Origin: an uncultured delta proteobacterium
GTDB lineage: Bacteria > Desulfobacterota > Binatia > UBA9968
NCBI GenBank assembly: GCA_963745035.1
Contig: CAVUVW010000013.1
Location: forward strand, 1,344,001 to 1,408,000
Direction of reading: 5' to 3'
Length of the DNA: 64,000 bases
In this document: positions 1-10,126 of the stretch, in pieces
Numbering within the stretch: position 1 is the stretch's first letter
Layout: each line of letters starts with the position of its first letter
The notes under the pieces: generated by a model
What the model was told of the DNA's origin: nothing
What the model saw: only the letters and a program-made list of their open reading frames with translations
Database searches by the model: none
Position numbers and translations under genes: made by a program

Positions 1-2
1 CG

Positions 3-125
3 TTCCGCGAGCACACCAAGCCCTACAAGGACCACATCCACGTCATCGTGCGCACGCCCAACGGCAACGACTACGGCAAGGATCTGCTGCGCCAGCACTA
101 CCAGCACGGCCATCATGCGAGGTAG
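3..125 (+). CDS. 3' end of a DUF3500-family protein (partial)
   Basis: Frame 3 reads ...[30 protein letters not shown], the typical DUF3500 C-terminal motif; stop TAG at 123-125. Confidence 0.75.
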   Translation, partial: FREHTKPYKDHIHVIVRTPNGNDYGKDLLRQHYQHGHHAR

Positions 126-182
126 AGGCAGACTCCCGTGCCTTCTCTCCCCGATGGGCAACCATAGGAGGTTGCCCCTACA
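122..182. repeat. GTAG-type REP-like palindrome
   Basis: GTAGAGGCAG...GGGCAACC-ATAGGA-GGTTGCCC-CTAC; GTAG/CTAC ends with an internal hairpin. Confidence 0.6.
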
Positions 183-222
183 TAAGATTCGGACTCGCAC
201 CGAATCAGCGAGGGAGCTATAA

Positions 223-1221
223 ATGAACATTCTCCAAGTTTTCAAACCATTTCTGATTGTTCTCACAGTGACGGCGTTTGCTTCCGAAACCTCGCCGGTT
301 AACGCCCAGGCAAATCCGAAAAAAGTCCGCATCGGCGTTTCCGAAACCCACGTCGGCTACTTGCCGCTGCAGGTGGCATTTCACAAAGGGTACTACAAGG
401 ACGAAGGCATCGATCTCGAAATCGTCTTGATGCCGACCAACATCATCAATACGGCCGCGCTAACCGGACAGATCGACATCAACGGAGCAGTCACCGGCAC
501 GGTGGGCTCCGCGGTGCAGGGCAGTCCGATGAAACTTTTGATCGTGACAGTAGGTAAGCCGCTGCTGTTTTTGGTGAGCCGCAAGGAGATCAAAGAACCG
601 GGCGAGTTGAGAGGCAAGAAAATCGCCGGCAGCTCGCCTGCCGGCTCCGCGACGATTCTCGCGAAGCAAGCACTCAAGCACTACGGACTCGATCCCGAGA
701 AGGACGCCGCGGTGCTGCCGATGGGCGGATCGACGACGACGCGCTTCGCCGCGATGGAGAGCGCGGTCGTTGATGCAACGGTGTTGCCCGTGCCGGAAAT
801 TATCTTCGCCAAGGCAAAGGGCTACAACGAGCTTGCCTTCATGGGCGACATCGCCCAGTTTCCGCAAAATGGCTTCGGCGCAACCGAGAAAAAGATCCGC
901 GAGAATCCCGACGAGATCTATCGCATGGTGAAGGCTTCGCTGCGCGGCCTGCTCTTTATGTCCGACGCAAAAAACCGCGACGAGGTCGTACGCATCGTCA
1001 TGAAGCAACACAAAGTCAACGATCGAAAGCTCGCCGAGCAGATGCTCGGCTATTCGCTGCGCGTCGTGACCAAAGAAGCGCAAGTAACGAATGAGGAAAT
1101 TCAATATCTGATCGATCTGCTACGGACCAATGCGAAAGTGACCCGGCCCGTCAGCGTGGACCAAGTCGTCGACTTCAGTTTTCTCGATAAGGCGCGCAAA
1201 GAACTCGGATTGGTTCGTTGA
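223..1221 (+). CDS. NMT1/SsuA-like ABC substrate-binding protein
   Basis: Signal peptide; KGYYKDEGIDLE and LRGKKIA motifs; C-terminal VDFSFLDKA. Confidence 0.85.
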   Translation: MNILQVFKPFLIVLTVTAFASETSPVNAQANPKKVRIGVSETHVGYLPLQVAFHKGYYKDEGIDLEIVLMPTNIINTAALTGQIDINGAVTGTVGSAVQGSPMKLLIVTVGKPLLFLVSRKEIKEPGELRGKKIAGSSPAGSATILAKQALKHYGLDPEKDAAVLPMGGSTTTRFAAMESAVVDATVLPVPEIIFAKAKGYNELAFMGDIAQFPQNGFGATEKKIRENPDEIYRMVKASLRGLLFMSDAKNRDEVVRIVMKQHKVNDRKLAEQMLGYSLRVVTKEAQVTNEEIQYLIDLLRTNAKVTRPVSVDQVVDFSFLDKARKELGLVR

Positions 1222-1334
1222 AACATCCGTACTCGGCTAAGAAAACCCATTGAGCCATGCTCATTAAATTGTAATCGGCAGCATTGTTAGAGCATCAGCA
1301 GGAGCGGCAATACCCGCAGTTAGGAGAATAGAGA

Positions 1335-1964
1335 ATGTTCGACTTCGAAAGCAGACAAATTCCCAGCGATCTCAAGGAAATCGTCGATCCCAAACGCGTG
1401 GTGCTTCTCGTGTGGGACATGCAGAACGATCAAGCGGGCGGCTCGTTCAATAAGGAAGCTTTGATCCGCAACGCGCCGCCGCTGATCGCTGCTGCGGCCA
1501 AGGCCGGCATCAAGACTGTCTATACGCGCCAGACGCCTTTCTTGTGGAAAGATGAGGCGCCGGTTTGGATTCGCCGCGGCATGAAGGATCAAAAAGTCGA
1601 TCATCCGGACAAGCTCAAGCCGCGCCGCCTGCACGGCAGCTTCGGCTGGAACATCATGGAGCCGTTCCAGCCCGCGGAGAATGATACGGTGATCGACAAA
1701 CGCCGGCCGTCCATGTTTATCGGCAACGAGTTCGAAACCATCATGAACAACCGCGGCGCGACGACGATCGTCATGATCGGCTGCACCACCGACGGCGGCG
1801 TCGAAGCCACCGTGCGCGAAGGTTTCAATCGCAACTACTTCATGGTCGTCGTGCGCGACTGCGTCGGCACCTACACCGAGGAAGGCCACAACGCCGCGCT
1901 CAAACGCATGGAGCGCTTCGGCGAGATCGTCGACTCGAAGACATTGATCGCTTGCTGGGGTTAG
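1335..1964 (+). CDS. Isochorismatase-family cysteine hydrolase
   Basis: LLVWDMQND, KRRPSMF, GCTTDGGVEATVREG motifs; the usual catalytic Cys position reads Gly. Confidence 0.8.
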   Translation: MFDFESRQIPSDLKEIVDPKRVVLLVWDMQNDQAGGSFNKEALIRNAPPLIAAAAKAGIKTVYTRQTPFLWKDEAPVWIRRGMKDQKVDHPDKLKPRRLHGSFGWNIMEPFQPAENDTVIDKRRPSMFIGNEFETIMNNRGATTIVMIGCTTDGGVEATVREGFNRNYFMVVVRDCVGTYTEEGHNAALKRMERFGEIVDSKTLIACWG

Positions 1965-1970
1965 GTCTGC

Positions 1971-2370
1971 ATGGCCTCGGAAATTGCAGATCTCATCGAG
2001 AAATTCCGCAGCGGTGACGAAGACGATGCCTTGCACGGGCTGATTGAACTGCCTGGCGACGCGCTGCCGGAGTTGATCAATCGCTTTCGCTCGGAATCGC
2101 TCGGGTGCAATTCGCGCGTTGCTGGTCAAGGCGATTTGGGAGCGGCGCGCTCGGTCGGTTATTCCCTTTCTCGACGAAGCACTCCAAGACGGCGACGAGG
2201 AGGTTTGGCAGGAATCTCTCGACGGACTGGTCACTCTCGCGTCACCCGAAGCCTTGGCAGTTCTGCAATCGGCCCGAACCAGAAGGTTCGCCGAGGAAGC
2301 TGATCAGAAGCGCTTTCACCTTTGGCTAGAAGAAGCAATCCAGCAAGTTCAGTTCGAGCTTCGGCGCTAG
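1971..2370 (+). CDS. HEAT-repeat protein (one frameshift near 2105)
   Basis: ORF 1971 (ALHGLIELPGDALPELI) joins ORF 2119..2370 (VIPFLDEALQDGDEEVWQESLDGL). Confidence 0.6.
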
Positions 2371-2378
2371 ACGAGCAG

Positions 2379-2472
2379 TTGGAGTGATGGAGTACATGGA
2401 GTGTTGGAGTATTGGGTAAGACACTTCGGCCATAGCCCATCACTCCAATACTCCAGTACTCCATTGCTCCAA
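2379..2472. repeat. Inverted pair of ~8-mer tandem repeats (GGAGTRWT / YACTCCAN)
   Basis: ggagtgat-ggagtacat-ggagtgtt-ggagtatt, then cactccaa-tactccag-tactccat-tgctccaa. Confidence 0.85.
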
Positions 2473-2552
2473 TCCACCCGCGCCGGTTGCGCATCCTCCC
2501 CGGAACGCGTTAAAAATGTGGCAACTTCCGCATCGCCACAAAGGAGAAACCC

Positions 2553-3522
2553 ATGAGTCAAGCTAACGGCAAAAAGGCGCTCCACGTCGCGACGTTTTCC
2601 GGCTGGTACCGTTTCGAGCAGGAGGGCAAGACATTCAAGCAAACCAAGCGCGATCTCACCTACTGGACGCTCACCTGCATGTCCGTCGATCCGGCGAATC
2701 CCGCAGAAAATTTACGCCGGGAGCGAGCACTCGGGGCTTTTCTACACAGACAACGGCGGCGCGAACTGGAAGCGCGCCGAACCGAACACGCCGAAGATGA
2801 TGCTGTTTTCGGCATTGGCATTGAACGGCGGCGTCATGGTGGGAACGATCCCATCGGCGGTTTACCGGAGCAAGAACGGCGGCTGGGAGGAATTGGAAGG
2901 CGTGCGCGTCAACAGCGCGGGAGCCAATTTTCCGCCCAGCCCGGAACTGCAATCGCGCACGCGCTATATCACCTATGATCCGGTCGCGCCCGCGCGACTT
3001 TACGCCGGCATCGAAGTCGGCGGCATGCTCGTCAGCGACGACAGCGGCTACAGCTGGAAGCCAGCCAATGAAGGCTTGACCGACATGGATATCCACGAGG
3101 TGCTCGCCAGCGAGGCCAATCCCGGCATGGTTTATCTCGCTTGCGGAGAGGCTTGCTTTCGCAGTCTCGATCGCGCCGGGCACTGGGAAAATGTTTCACC
3201 GAAAAGCCATGACTACGGAACGTCGGTGGCCGAAGACAAAAACGGCGTTATTTACGTCGGCGCAGCTAAGGGGCGGCCCAACTTGTGGATCCGCGAGGAA
3301 GGCGCCAAAGCCGCCATATTCCGCAGCGGCGACAAAGGTGCGAGTTGGGAAAAGATCACCGATGATTTGAAAGGCGGGGTCATGCACATGTGCCAGGCGC
3401 CGGATGGCAACGGCATGGTCGCCGGTACGTCCGACGGATCGCTGCTCGTGATCGACGACTCCGGCGCGCGCGAAGTTGTGAGCGGCCTGCCGTTTGTCAC
3501 GTCGGTGGAGTTGGGAGCGTGA
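2553..3522 (+). CDS. BNR/Asp-box beta-propeller (WD40/YVTN-like) protein, frameshift near 2705
   Basis: Asp-boxes SDDSGYSW, SLDRAGHW, SGDKGASW; ORF 2553 joins ORF ending 3522. Confidence 0.75.
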
Positions 3523-3526
3523 TACC

Positions 3527-3597
3527 AAAGGATAAGGGCAAAAGGATAAAGGATGAATTGCGCGCCTAAAACTTTACCCTTCATCCTTTATCCTTCA
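3527..3597. repeat. Inverted pair of 7-mer tandem repeats (AAGGATA / TATCCTT)
   Basis: aaggata-agggcaa-aaggata-aaggatg ... ctttacc-cttcatc-ctttatc-cttca. Confidence 0.8.
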
Positions 3598-3610
3598 ATT
3601 GGGGGATCGC

Positions 3611-4606
3611 ATGAGAGTCTCGCTCCTGATCGTTCTCTCGCTGTTCTTTGCATCAGCCGCGCTGGCCCAAGACGCCAAACTTCTTGCCGAAGCGAAGAAG
3701 GAGGGCAAGGTCGTCATCTACGGCTCCATGGAGCAGGATATTTTCGAAGGCGTGCGCCAATCCTTCGAGAAGAAGGCCGGCATCCCTGTTGAATACTGGC
3801 GCGCTTCAGGCGCCGCCGTGCTCGAGCGCGTGATCACCGAGCGCCGTGCCGGCAAACCATATTTGACGTCGTGCTCAACAACGCCGGGCCCATGGAAATC
3901 ATGCTGGCTGACGGCGCTTTCGTGAACTATCAGTCGCCGCTGGCAAAGAATTTTCCGCCGGAAGTCGTCCATCCCCAACTCGGCCCGAGCTACCGCACCG
4001 GGGTCGTCGGCATCGTCTATAACAAGAGCATCATCACTCCCGACAAGGCGCCCAAAACCCTCGAAGATCTTTTGAAACCCGAATACAAGGGCAAGCTCGC
4101 TTTTCCGGATCCCACTCGCGGCGCGGTATCGCTCATGTGGCCGGCAAGTTTGTACAAGCTCATGGGCAAGGATCGCGCCGACGATTATCTGCGCCGCCTG
4201 GGCGCGACCAAACCGATCATGGTCGAAGGCGTACTCAACGCCGCCGAGCGCGTGACGACGGGCGAGACGCCGCTCGCGATCAGCTACTTGAAGTATGTCG
4301 CCAGCTTTCGGGCTAAAAGGCGCGCCGCTCGATTATGTGCGCATGGACAAGATGCTGGGCCACAGCCATGCGATAGCCCTCAGCAGCAAAGCGCTCCACC
4401 CCAACGCCGGGAAAGCGTTCATCGATCATTTTCTCGGCGACGACAGCCTGAGAATCATCGCCAAACACGGCGAGTTCGTTACGCGCAAGGGCATCTACCC
4501 GCCGATCCCGGACGCGGACAAAATCCAGATCGTCGAAATGGACGAGCCCGACACTCAAGGCTTCGCCGAGAAGCGCAAAGAATTCCGAAAGATCTTTTTT
4601 CAATAA
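3611..4606 (+). CDS. Extracellular solute-binding protein (Fe3+/AfuA-like family), two frameshifts (~3860, ~4308)
   Basis: Signal peptide, AKKEGKVVIYGS, LLKPEYKGKL, HPNAGKAFIDHFL across three consecutive ORFs. Confidence 0.75.
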
Positions 4607-4649
4607 ACAGGGCCGGCATGGCTAAGGTTTAATTCGAACTCCGAGCCAA

Positions 4650-4684
4650 CCAATACTCCAGTACTCCAACACTCCGTTACTCCA
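4650..4684. repeat. 8-mer tandem repeat (TACTCCAN), same family as 2436-2472
   Basis: ccaatactccagtactccaacactccgttactcca. Confidence 0.8.
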
Positions 4685-4699
4685 CAGTAAGGATTTCCC

Positions 4700-5344
4700 A
4701 TGAAACTTTACACTTTCTTCCGCAGCTCGGCATCTTATCGGGTGCGCATTGCACTAAATCTGAAAGGTCTCAGCTACGAGCAGGCGCCGATCCATCTACG
4801 CCGCGGCGGCGGCGAGCAACTGACTGCCGCTTACCGAGCAATCAATCCGCAAGCGCTCGTCCCCGCTTTGGAAGACGGCGGCAGGATTCTCACGCAGTCT
4901 CTCGCGATCATCGAGTATCTCGAAGAGAAACATCCCCATCCGGCATTGCTTCCCCGCGATCCAGCCGACAAAGCCTACGTGCGCAGCATGGCGATGGTCA
5001 TTGCCTGCGAAGTTCATCCGATCCAGAACCTGCGCGTGCTCAATCACGTCAAGAAAGAATACGGTCAAACTGATGAGCAGGTGAACCGTTGGGCGCAGCA
5101 CTGGATCGATCTCGGCCTGTCGGCCTTGGAGCAGATGATCGCCGCTCAATCCAAGCGAGGCAAATTCTGCTTCGGCGATTCGCCCACTCTCGCCGACATC
5201 TGCCTCGTGCCGCAGCTCGGCAATGCCCGCCGCTACGGCTGCGACCTGGCAAAGTATCCCGCGATCCTCGAAATCGAAAAAAACTGCATGGCGCTCGCCG
5301 CCTTCGCCGACGCCGCTCCGGAAAAACAGCCGGATGCGGAATAG
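4700..5344 (+). CDS. maiA: Maleylacetoacetate isomerase (GST zeta)
   Basis: FFRSSASYRVRIALNLKGL, INPQALVPAL, ACEVHPIQNLRVL, C-terminal PEKQPDAE. Confidence 0.92.
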   Translation: MKLYTFFRSSASYRVRIALNLKGLSYEQAPIHLRRGGGEQLTAAYRAINPQALVPALEDGGRILTQSLAIIEYLEEKHPHPALLPRDPADKAYVRSMAMVIACEVHPIQNLRVLNHVKKEYGQTDEQVNRWAQHWIDLGLSALEQMIAAQSKRGKFCFGDSPTLADICLVPQLGNARRYGCDLAKYPAILEIEKNCMALAAFADAAPEKQPDAE

Positions 5345-5345
5345 A

Positions 5346-5462
5346 CAGCTTCCAGTGCCAGCTTCCAGTTGCCAGTTTCGAGTGACGTGAAGCATTTCTA
5401 CCAACTGGCAACTGACGACTGACGGCTGCTAGTCAACTGACCACTAATCAACTGACCACTAG
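5346..5462. repeat. Inverted/tandem 7-mer repeats (CAGTTGC / CAACTGA)
   Basis: cagcttc-cagtgc-cagcttc-cagttgc-cagtttc; caactgg-caactga-cgactga; 14-mer tcaactgaccacta twice. Confidence 0.8.
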
Positions 5463-5470
5463 TCTTCCGC

Positions 5471-6241
5471 ATGTTCACCCTGAAGCTATTCCTCAAAGCG
5501 CTGTTGCTTCCTCCGACCGTCTGGCTGCTGTTGCTGCTGGCGGTCCTGATATTCTGGCGGCGGAGCTGGGCGCGCAAGCTGTTTCTCTTTACGTTCCTGC
5601 TGATCTTGGCGCTACACACCGGGCCGCTGAACTACGTCCTGCGCTACCCCCTCGAATCCGGTTATCCGCCGGTGCTCGATCCGAGGAAAGCAGGATCCTA
5701 TGACGCCATTGTCGTTTTGACCGGCGGAATTACACCCGCGAGCGGCATGATTCCATTTTCGACAATCGATCAGTTCATGTTCCGCCGGCTCGATGAAGCT
5801 TTGCGTCTTTATCGCCTTCAACCCAAGCCGATCATCGTCTCGGGCGGTCACGTCAATCCGTTTACCGAGGACAAGAACGAAAACAAAATCGCCCGTGATT
5901 TCCTGATCAAGTGGGGCGTGCCGGCAAAGGACGTGCTCGGCGAAGGCAAATCGCGCGATACTTTCGAGAGCGCCGTTGAAACCCGAAAGCTGCTCGTCGA
6001 AAAAGGTTACAAACGTTATCTCCTCGTCACCTCGGCCTTTCACATGCCGCGCAGCATGCTGGCTTTCGCAGCGCGCGCCCCCGAGCCGGTGCCCGCTCCT
6101 GGCGACTTTTCCTTGGGCGCGCTCGAGTTCACGCCGCTCGACTTCTTTCCCAGCGAATCGGCCGCGCGCCAGCTCTTCATCACTTTGCATGAATATCTCG
6201 GTCTGGCGAACTATCACTGGCGCCTGCGCTTTTCCGAGTGA
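5471..6241 (+). CDS. YdcF/ElyC (DUF218) family protein
   Basis: N-terminal TMs, AIVVLTGG, SRDTFESA, LVTSAFHMPRS, LHEYLG. Confidence 0.88.
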   Translation: MFTLKLFLKALLLPPTVWLLLLLAVLIFWRRSWARKLFLFTFLLILALHTGPLNYVLRYPLESGYPPVLDPRKAGSYDAIVVLTGGITPASGMIPFSTIDQFMFRRLDEALRLYRLQPKPIIVSGGHVNPFTEDKNENKIARDFLIKWGVPAKDVLGEGKSRDTFESAVETRKLLVEKGYKRYLLVTSAFHMPRSMLAFAARAPEPVPAPGDFSLGALEFTPLDFFPSESAARQLFITLHEYLGLANYHWRLRFSE

Positions 6242-6350
6242 CGCGGCCCGCAAAATAATCCCGCCCCGTTTGCAAATCACCGGCGGAGTGATAGAGAAAT
6301 TCTTGCTTTGCCAAGCGAGCGTCCCAGGCGCCGAGAAATAGAAAGCGAGC

Positions 6351-7631
6351 ATGCTCCCGCGCGAAGAAAACGATCTACTCACCCAGGCAAGCGCCGACAA
6401 GCCGCTGGGCGCACTTATGCGATGTTATTGGATCCCGGCATTGCTGTCGCAGGAGATTCCGGAGCCCGACAGCCCGCCCGTGCGGGTGCGCCTGCTCGGT
6501 GAGGACCTTGTCGCCTTTCGCGACAGCCAGGGTCGGGTCGGGCTGCTCGATGAACACTGCTCCCATCGCGGCACCTCGCTGTTTTTTGGCCGTAACGAAG
6601 AGTGCGGACTGCGCTGCATCTACCACGGCTGGAAATATGACGTCGACGGCCATGTATTGGAAACTCCCGCGGAGCCCGCGGGCAGCACTCTGAAAAACAA
6701 AGTTCATCATACCGCCTACCCGTGCAAGGAAGCAGCGGGCATCGTTTGGAGCTACCTCGGGCCGAAAGAGAAAATGCCGTTGCTGCCGAATTATGAGTGG
6801 ATGAGCCTGCCGCCGCAGCAAATTTACGTTACAAAGTCGGTGCAGGACTGCAGTTGGCTTCAAGGCCTCGAAGGCGAATGCGATTCGTCGCATCTTTCCG
6901 TCCTGCACAAGAATTTCACCGGCGAGCGGCCGCGCGGCGGCGGCGACGGCGCTTTGTACGCGGCGGATTCGGCGCCTGAACTCGAAGGGATCGAGATGGA
7001 CTACGGCGTCCGCATGCTTTCCTGCCGCAGGATCGATTCTCAGACCATTTATCTGCGCGTCTCCAACATCGTTCTGCCCTGCCACGGGTTTATTCCCACC
7101 GGCGGCTTGAAAGGCAATCCCGAAGGCTACACGATCCATTCACACGTGCCGATCGATGATCAACACAGCATGCGCTACAACATTCACTTTCGCCGTAATC
7201 GTCCGATTTACGAGGACGAAAGACAGCACGACGAGGAGATCGGCCCGGATTTCCGCAAGCGACGAAACTTAGCGAATAACTACCTGCAAGACCGCGAGCA
7301 GCAGAAGCGCGAGACCTTTACGGGCATGGGGCAGATTTTTCTGGTGCACGACTCCTGCGCCACGGAAAGCATGGGACCTGTCTACGATCGCTCGCAGGAG
7401 CATCTCGGCGTGAGCGATATCACGGTCATCACCGTGCGTAAGTTTCTGTTGCAGTGCGTTCGCGCCTTGCAGAGCGGCAAGGAACCGCCGCACGTTATCC
7501 GAACCGAGGCGCAAAACGATTTACGCCACGTCGCCTGCATCGCGGCCAAGATCCCGGCAGACAGTGATCCGAAGCGCTACGTCATCGAACAATTGAAGAA
7601 AGAGAAGTACTGGGAAACACCGAGCCTCTAA
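6351..7631 (+). CDS. Rieske non-heme iron oxygenase alpha subunit (phthalate dioxygenase/LigX-like)
   Basis: Rieske CSHRG...CIYHGWKYD; mononuclear site DSSHLSVLH. Confidence 0.9.
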   Translation: MLPREENDLLTQASADKPLGALMRCYWIPALLSQEIPEPDSPPVRVRLLGEDLVAFRDSQGRVGLLDEHCSHRGTSLFFGRNEECGLRCIYHGWKYDVDGHVLETPAEPAGSTLKNKVHHTAYPCKEAAGIVWSYLGPKEKMPLLPNYEWMSLPPQQIYVTKSVQDCSWLQGLEGECDSSHLSVLHKNFTGERPRGGGDGALYAADSAPELEGIEMDYGVRMLSCRRIDSQTIYLRVSNIVLPCHGFIPTGGLKGNPEGYTIHSHVPIDDQHSMRYNIHFRRNRPIYEDERQHDEEIGPDFRKRRNLANNYLQDREQQKRETFTGMGQIFLVHDSCATESMGPVYDRSQEHLGVSDITVITVRKFLLQCVRALQSGKEPPHVIRTEAQNDLRHVACIAAKIPADSDPKRYVIEQLKKEKYWETPSL

Positions 7632-7657
7632 AAAAGGTGCATCTTCGCGTTCTATTG

Positions 7658-7686
7658 GTAGGGGCGGGTTTCAAACCCGCCCCTAC
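7658..7686. repeat. Perfect GTAG-type REP palindrome
   Basis: GTAGGGGCGGGTTT-C-AAACCCGCCCCTAC, 14-bp perfect arms. Confidence 0.85.
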
Positions 7687-7715
7687 GCGCAAACGAGGCA
7701 GGAACAGGAGGAGCC

Positions 7716-9360
7716 ATGAAAGTTGTCGACGTGATCGCCGAGATTCTCAAGCGCGAAGGCGTGGAGTTCCTGAGCTGTTATCCGACCAACACGCTGATCG
7801 AAGCCGCGGCGGCGGCCGGCATCAGGCCCATCGTCTGCCGCCAGGAGCGGGTCGGAGTCGGCATCGCCGACGGCTTCACTCGGGTGACGAACGGCAAACG
7901 CATCGGCGTCTTCACCATGCAGGCGGGCCCCGGCGCCGAGAACGCTTTTGCCGGCATCACGACGGCGTACTCCGACTCGGTGCCGGTTCTCTTGCTTCCC
8001 GTCGGCCACGCCCGCGACACCTCCCAGGTTTTTCATTTCTTCCGCTCCGTCCAATCCTACGCTCCGGTAACGAAGTGGGCCGAGGAGATCACCCTCGCCA
8101 AGCCAAGTGCCGGACATCATGCGGCGCGCATTCAGCTATTTGAAGATGGGCCGGCTCGGTCCGGTGCTGGTGGAAATTCCCAACGACGCGGCGGTGGAAG
8201 ATTTTCCCGCCGCGGTCGTCAATTATGCTCCCGTCAAGCGTACGGTCAGCGGCGCCAACGCGCGCGACGTTGCCGAAGCGGCAAAAGTCCTGGCGCAAGC
8301 GAAATCCCCGGTTATCGTCGCCGGGCAGGGAGTGCTCTATGCCGAAGCCTCCGATGAGCTCGTCGAGCTCGCCGAGTTGCTGCAAGCGCCGGTGACTACG
8401 CCGCTCGAAGGCAAGAGCGCCTTCCCCGAGCATCATCCGCTCTCGCTCGGCACCGGCGCGGGCGTGATGCCGAAGCCGGTGCAAACCTTCCTGCACAAAG
8501 CCGATGTCGTCTTCGCCGTCGGCGCGAGTTTGACCAAGCACAGCATCGTCGCCGCGCCCATTCCCGCCGGCAAGACCATCATCCACGCCACCAACGACGA
8601 GCGTGACATCAATAAACACTATGCGGCCGATTATCCGATTCTGGGCGACGCCAAGCCGGTGCTGCGCCAGTTCATCGAGGCGGTGAAAGACGAGCTGGGA
8701 AACAAAAAACGCGAACCCAACGGCGCCGCCGCGGAGATCAAGAAAGGCAAAGACGAGTGGATGGCCGAGTGGCTACCGAAGCTTACGTCGAACGAAAAAC
8801 CAATGAATCCTTATCGCGTCATGTGGGAGTTCATGAATCTGTTCGACCGCAAAGACGTGATCGTCACCCACGACGCCGGCAGCCCGCGCAACCAGCTCGT
8901 GCCGTTCTACCAGGCGCCGACGCCGCGCAGCTATTTGGGCTGGGGCAAGTCGCACGCGCTCGGCACCGGCCTTGGCCTGATCATGGGAGCGAAGCTCGCC
9001 GCGCCGGAAAAATTCTGCGTCAACTTCATGGGCGACGCCGCCTTCGGCATGACCGGCTTGGATTTCGAAACCGCGGTGCGCAATAACATTCCGACGCTCA
9101 CCATCGTGCTCAACAATAATTTCATGGCCGCGGAAACCCACAGCATGCAGACGTCGCACGAACGCTACGGCACGATGAACATCCTCGGCAACTACGCCGA
9201 TCTGGCGAAATCTCTCGGCGGCTGGTCGGAGCGGGTCGAAGAGCCCGGCCAGATCGTGCCGGCTTTGCAGCGCGCGCGCAAAGTCACCGATGACGGCAAA
9301 GCCGCGCTATTGGAGTTTATTACGAGTCGAGAACACACCTACTCGAGAGTTGGTCGGTAG
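7716..9360 (+). CDS. Thiamine-pyrophosphate-dependent enzyme (acetolactate synthase-like), frameshift near 8100
   Basis: CRQERVGVGIADG, GPGAEN; TPP motif GDAAFGM...LNNN. Confidence 0.88.
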
Positions 9361-9370
9361 GTGAACGGCT

Positions 9371-9901
9371 TTACTTTTTGCGTCTAGCCAGCAAATACCC
9401 AAGGCCCATACCCACGAGTAGAGATTGGACAGGGTAGTTGCGCACTAAGGCGATCAGGTCTTTTGCGAGCTGGTCGAATTTTTTCTCTTGTAGGTAAGAA
9501 CTCGTCGATTCCAAGCCGCCCGCGATCGTTTCGGCCGTGGTCGCGATCGCGCCTCCGCGCGGAGTTTTCTCGCGAATGGTGTTCGCCAAAGATCCCATCT
9601 TCTCACCAGCGATTGCCGCCACATCGTTTGCCTTCGTCGCCGCAGACGCGCCGAGTTCCTGTGCTTTGGCCGTAATACCTACAATGTCGCCCTCGGTTTT
9701 TTCGCCATACTCTTTAAAGCGCCGCTCAACCTCTTGCTCGGCGTGATCGCGCGCATAGCCATATTTTTCTTGAATCAAGCCTATCAGTTTGTCTTTCTGA
9801 CCGCCGATCTTATCGAAATCGTCATCGGCGAGTTTACCCCACCACGATTTCAAGGAGCCGCGCATTTCTTTCCACTGGCCGGCTAATATGTCTTCATTCA
9901 T
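9371..9901 (-). CDS. CsbD-family protein with ElaB/YqjD-like C-terminal membrane anchor
   Basis: MNEDILAGQWKEMRG...WWGKLADDD...LIQEKYG; C-terminal VRNYPVQSLLVGMGLGYLLARR; GGAGG RBS. Confidence 0.8.
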   Translation of the reverse strand: MNEDILAGQWKEMRGSLKSWWGKLADDDFDKIGGQKDKLIGLIQEKYGYARDHAEQEVERRFKEYGEKTEGDIVGITAKAQELGASAATKANDVAAIAGEKMGSLANTIREKTPRGGAIATTAETIAGGLESTSSYLQEKKFDQLAKDLIALVRNYPVQSLLVGMGLGYLLARRKK

Positions 9902-9959
9902 GCCATTCCTCCATGTTTGGTTGCGTTCCATCATCAATTACCGCTGGAATATTTGTAAG

Positions 9960-10040
9960 CTATCGTAAACCAAAATATCCGAGAATGAATAAAACGACTA
10001 CAATTACACCAATAATGTAAAATATGTTTCCTCCGAGCAT
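9960..10040 (-). CDS. 26-aa single-TM small protein MLGGNIFYIIGVIVVVLFILGYFGLR
   Basis: Clean ORF below the track's size cut-off, hydrophobic core, co-oriented with the stress genes. Confidence 0.6.
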   Translation of the reverse strand: MLGGNIFYIIGVIVVVLFILGYFGLR

Positions 10041-10126
10041 GTGAACTACTTCGATCAAATGGTTTATTCAACTAACTACTGCCCTGCGTCAAGATCTGGC
10101 ATCCCGAGTCACTTGTAGCCATACCG

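Noticed and set aside
2379-5462. Short repeats as a CRISPR array
   Set aside because: Units are 7-8 bp, degenerate and lack unique spacers; no cas genes
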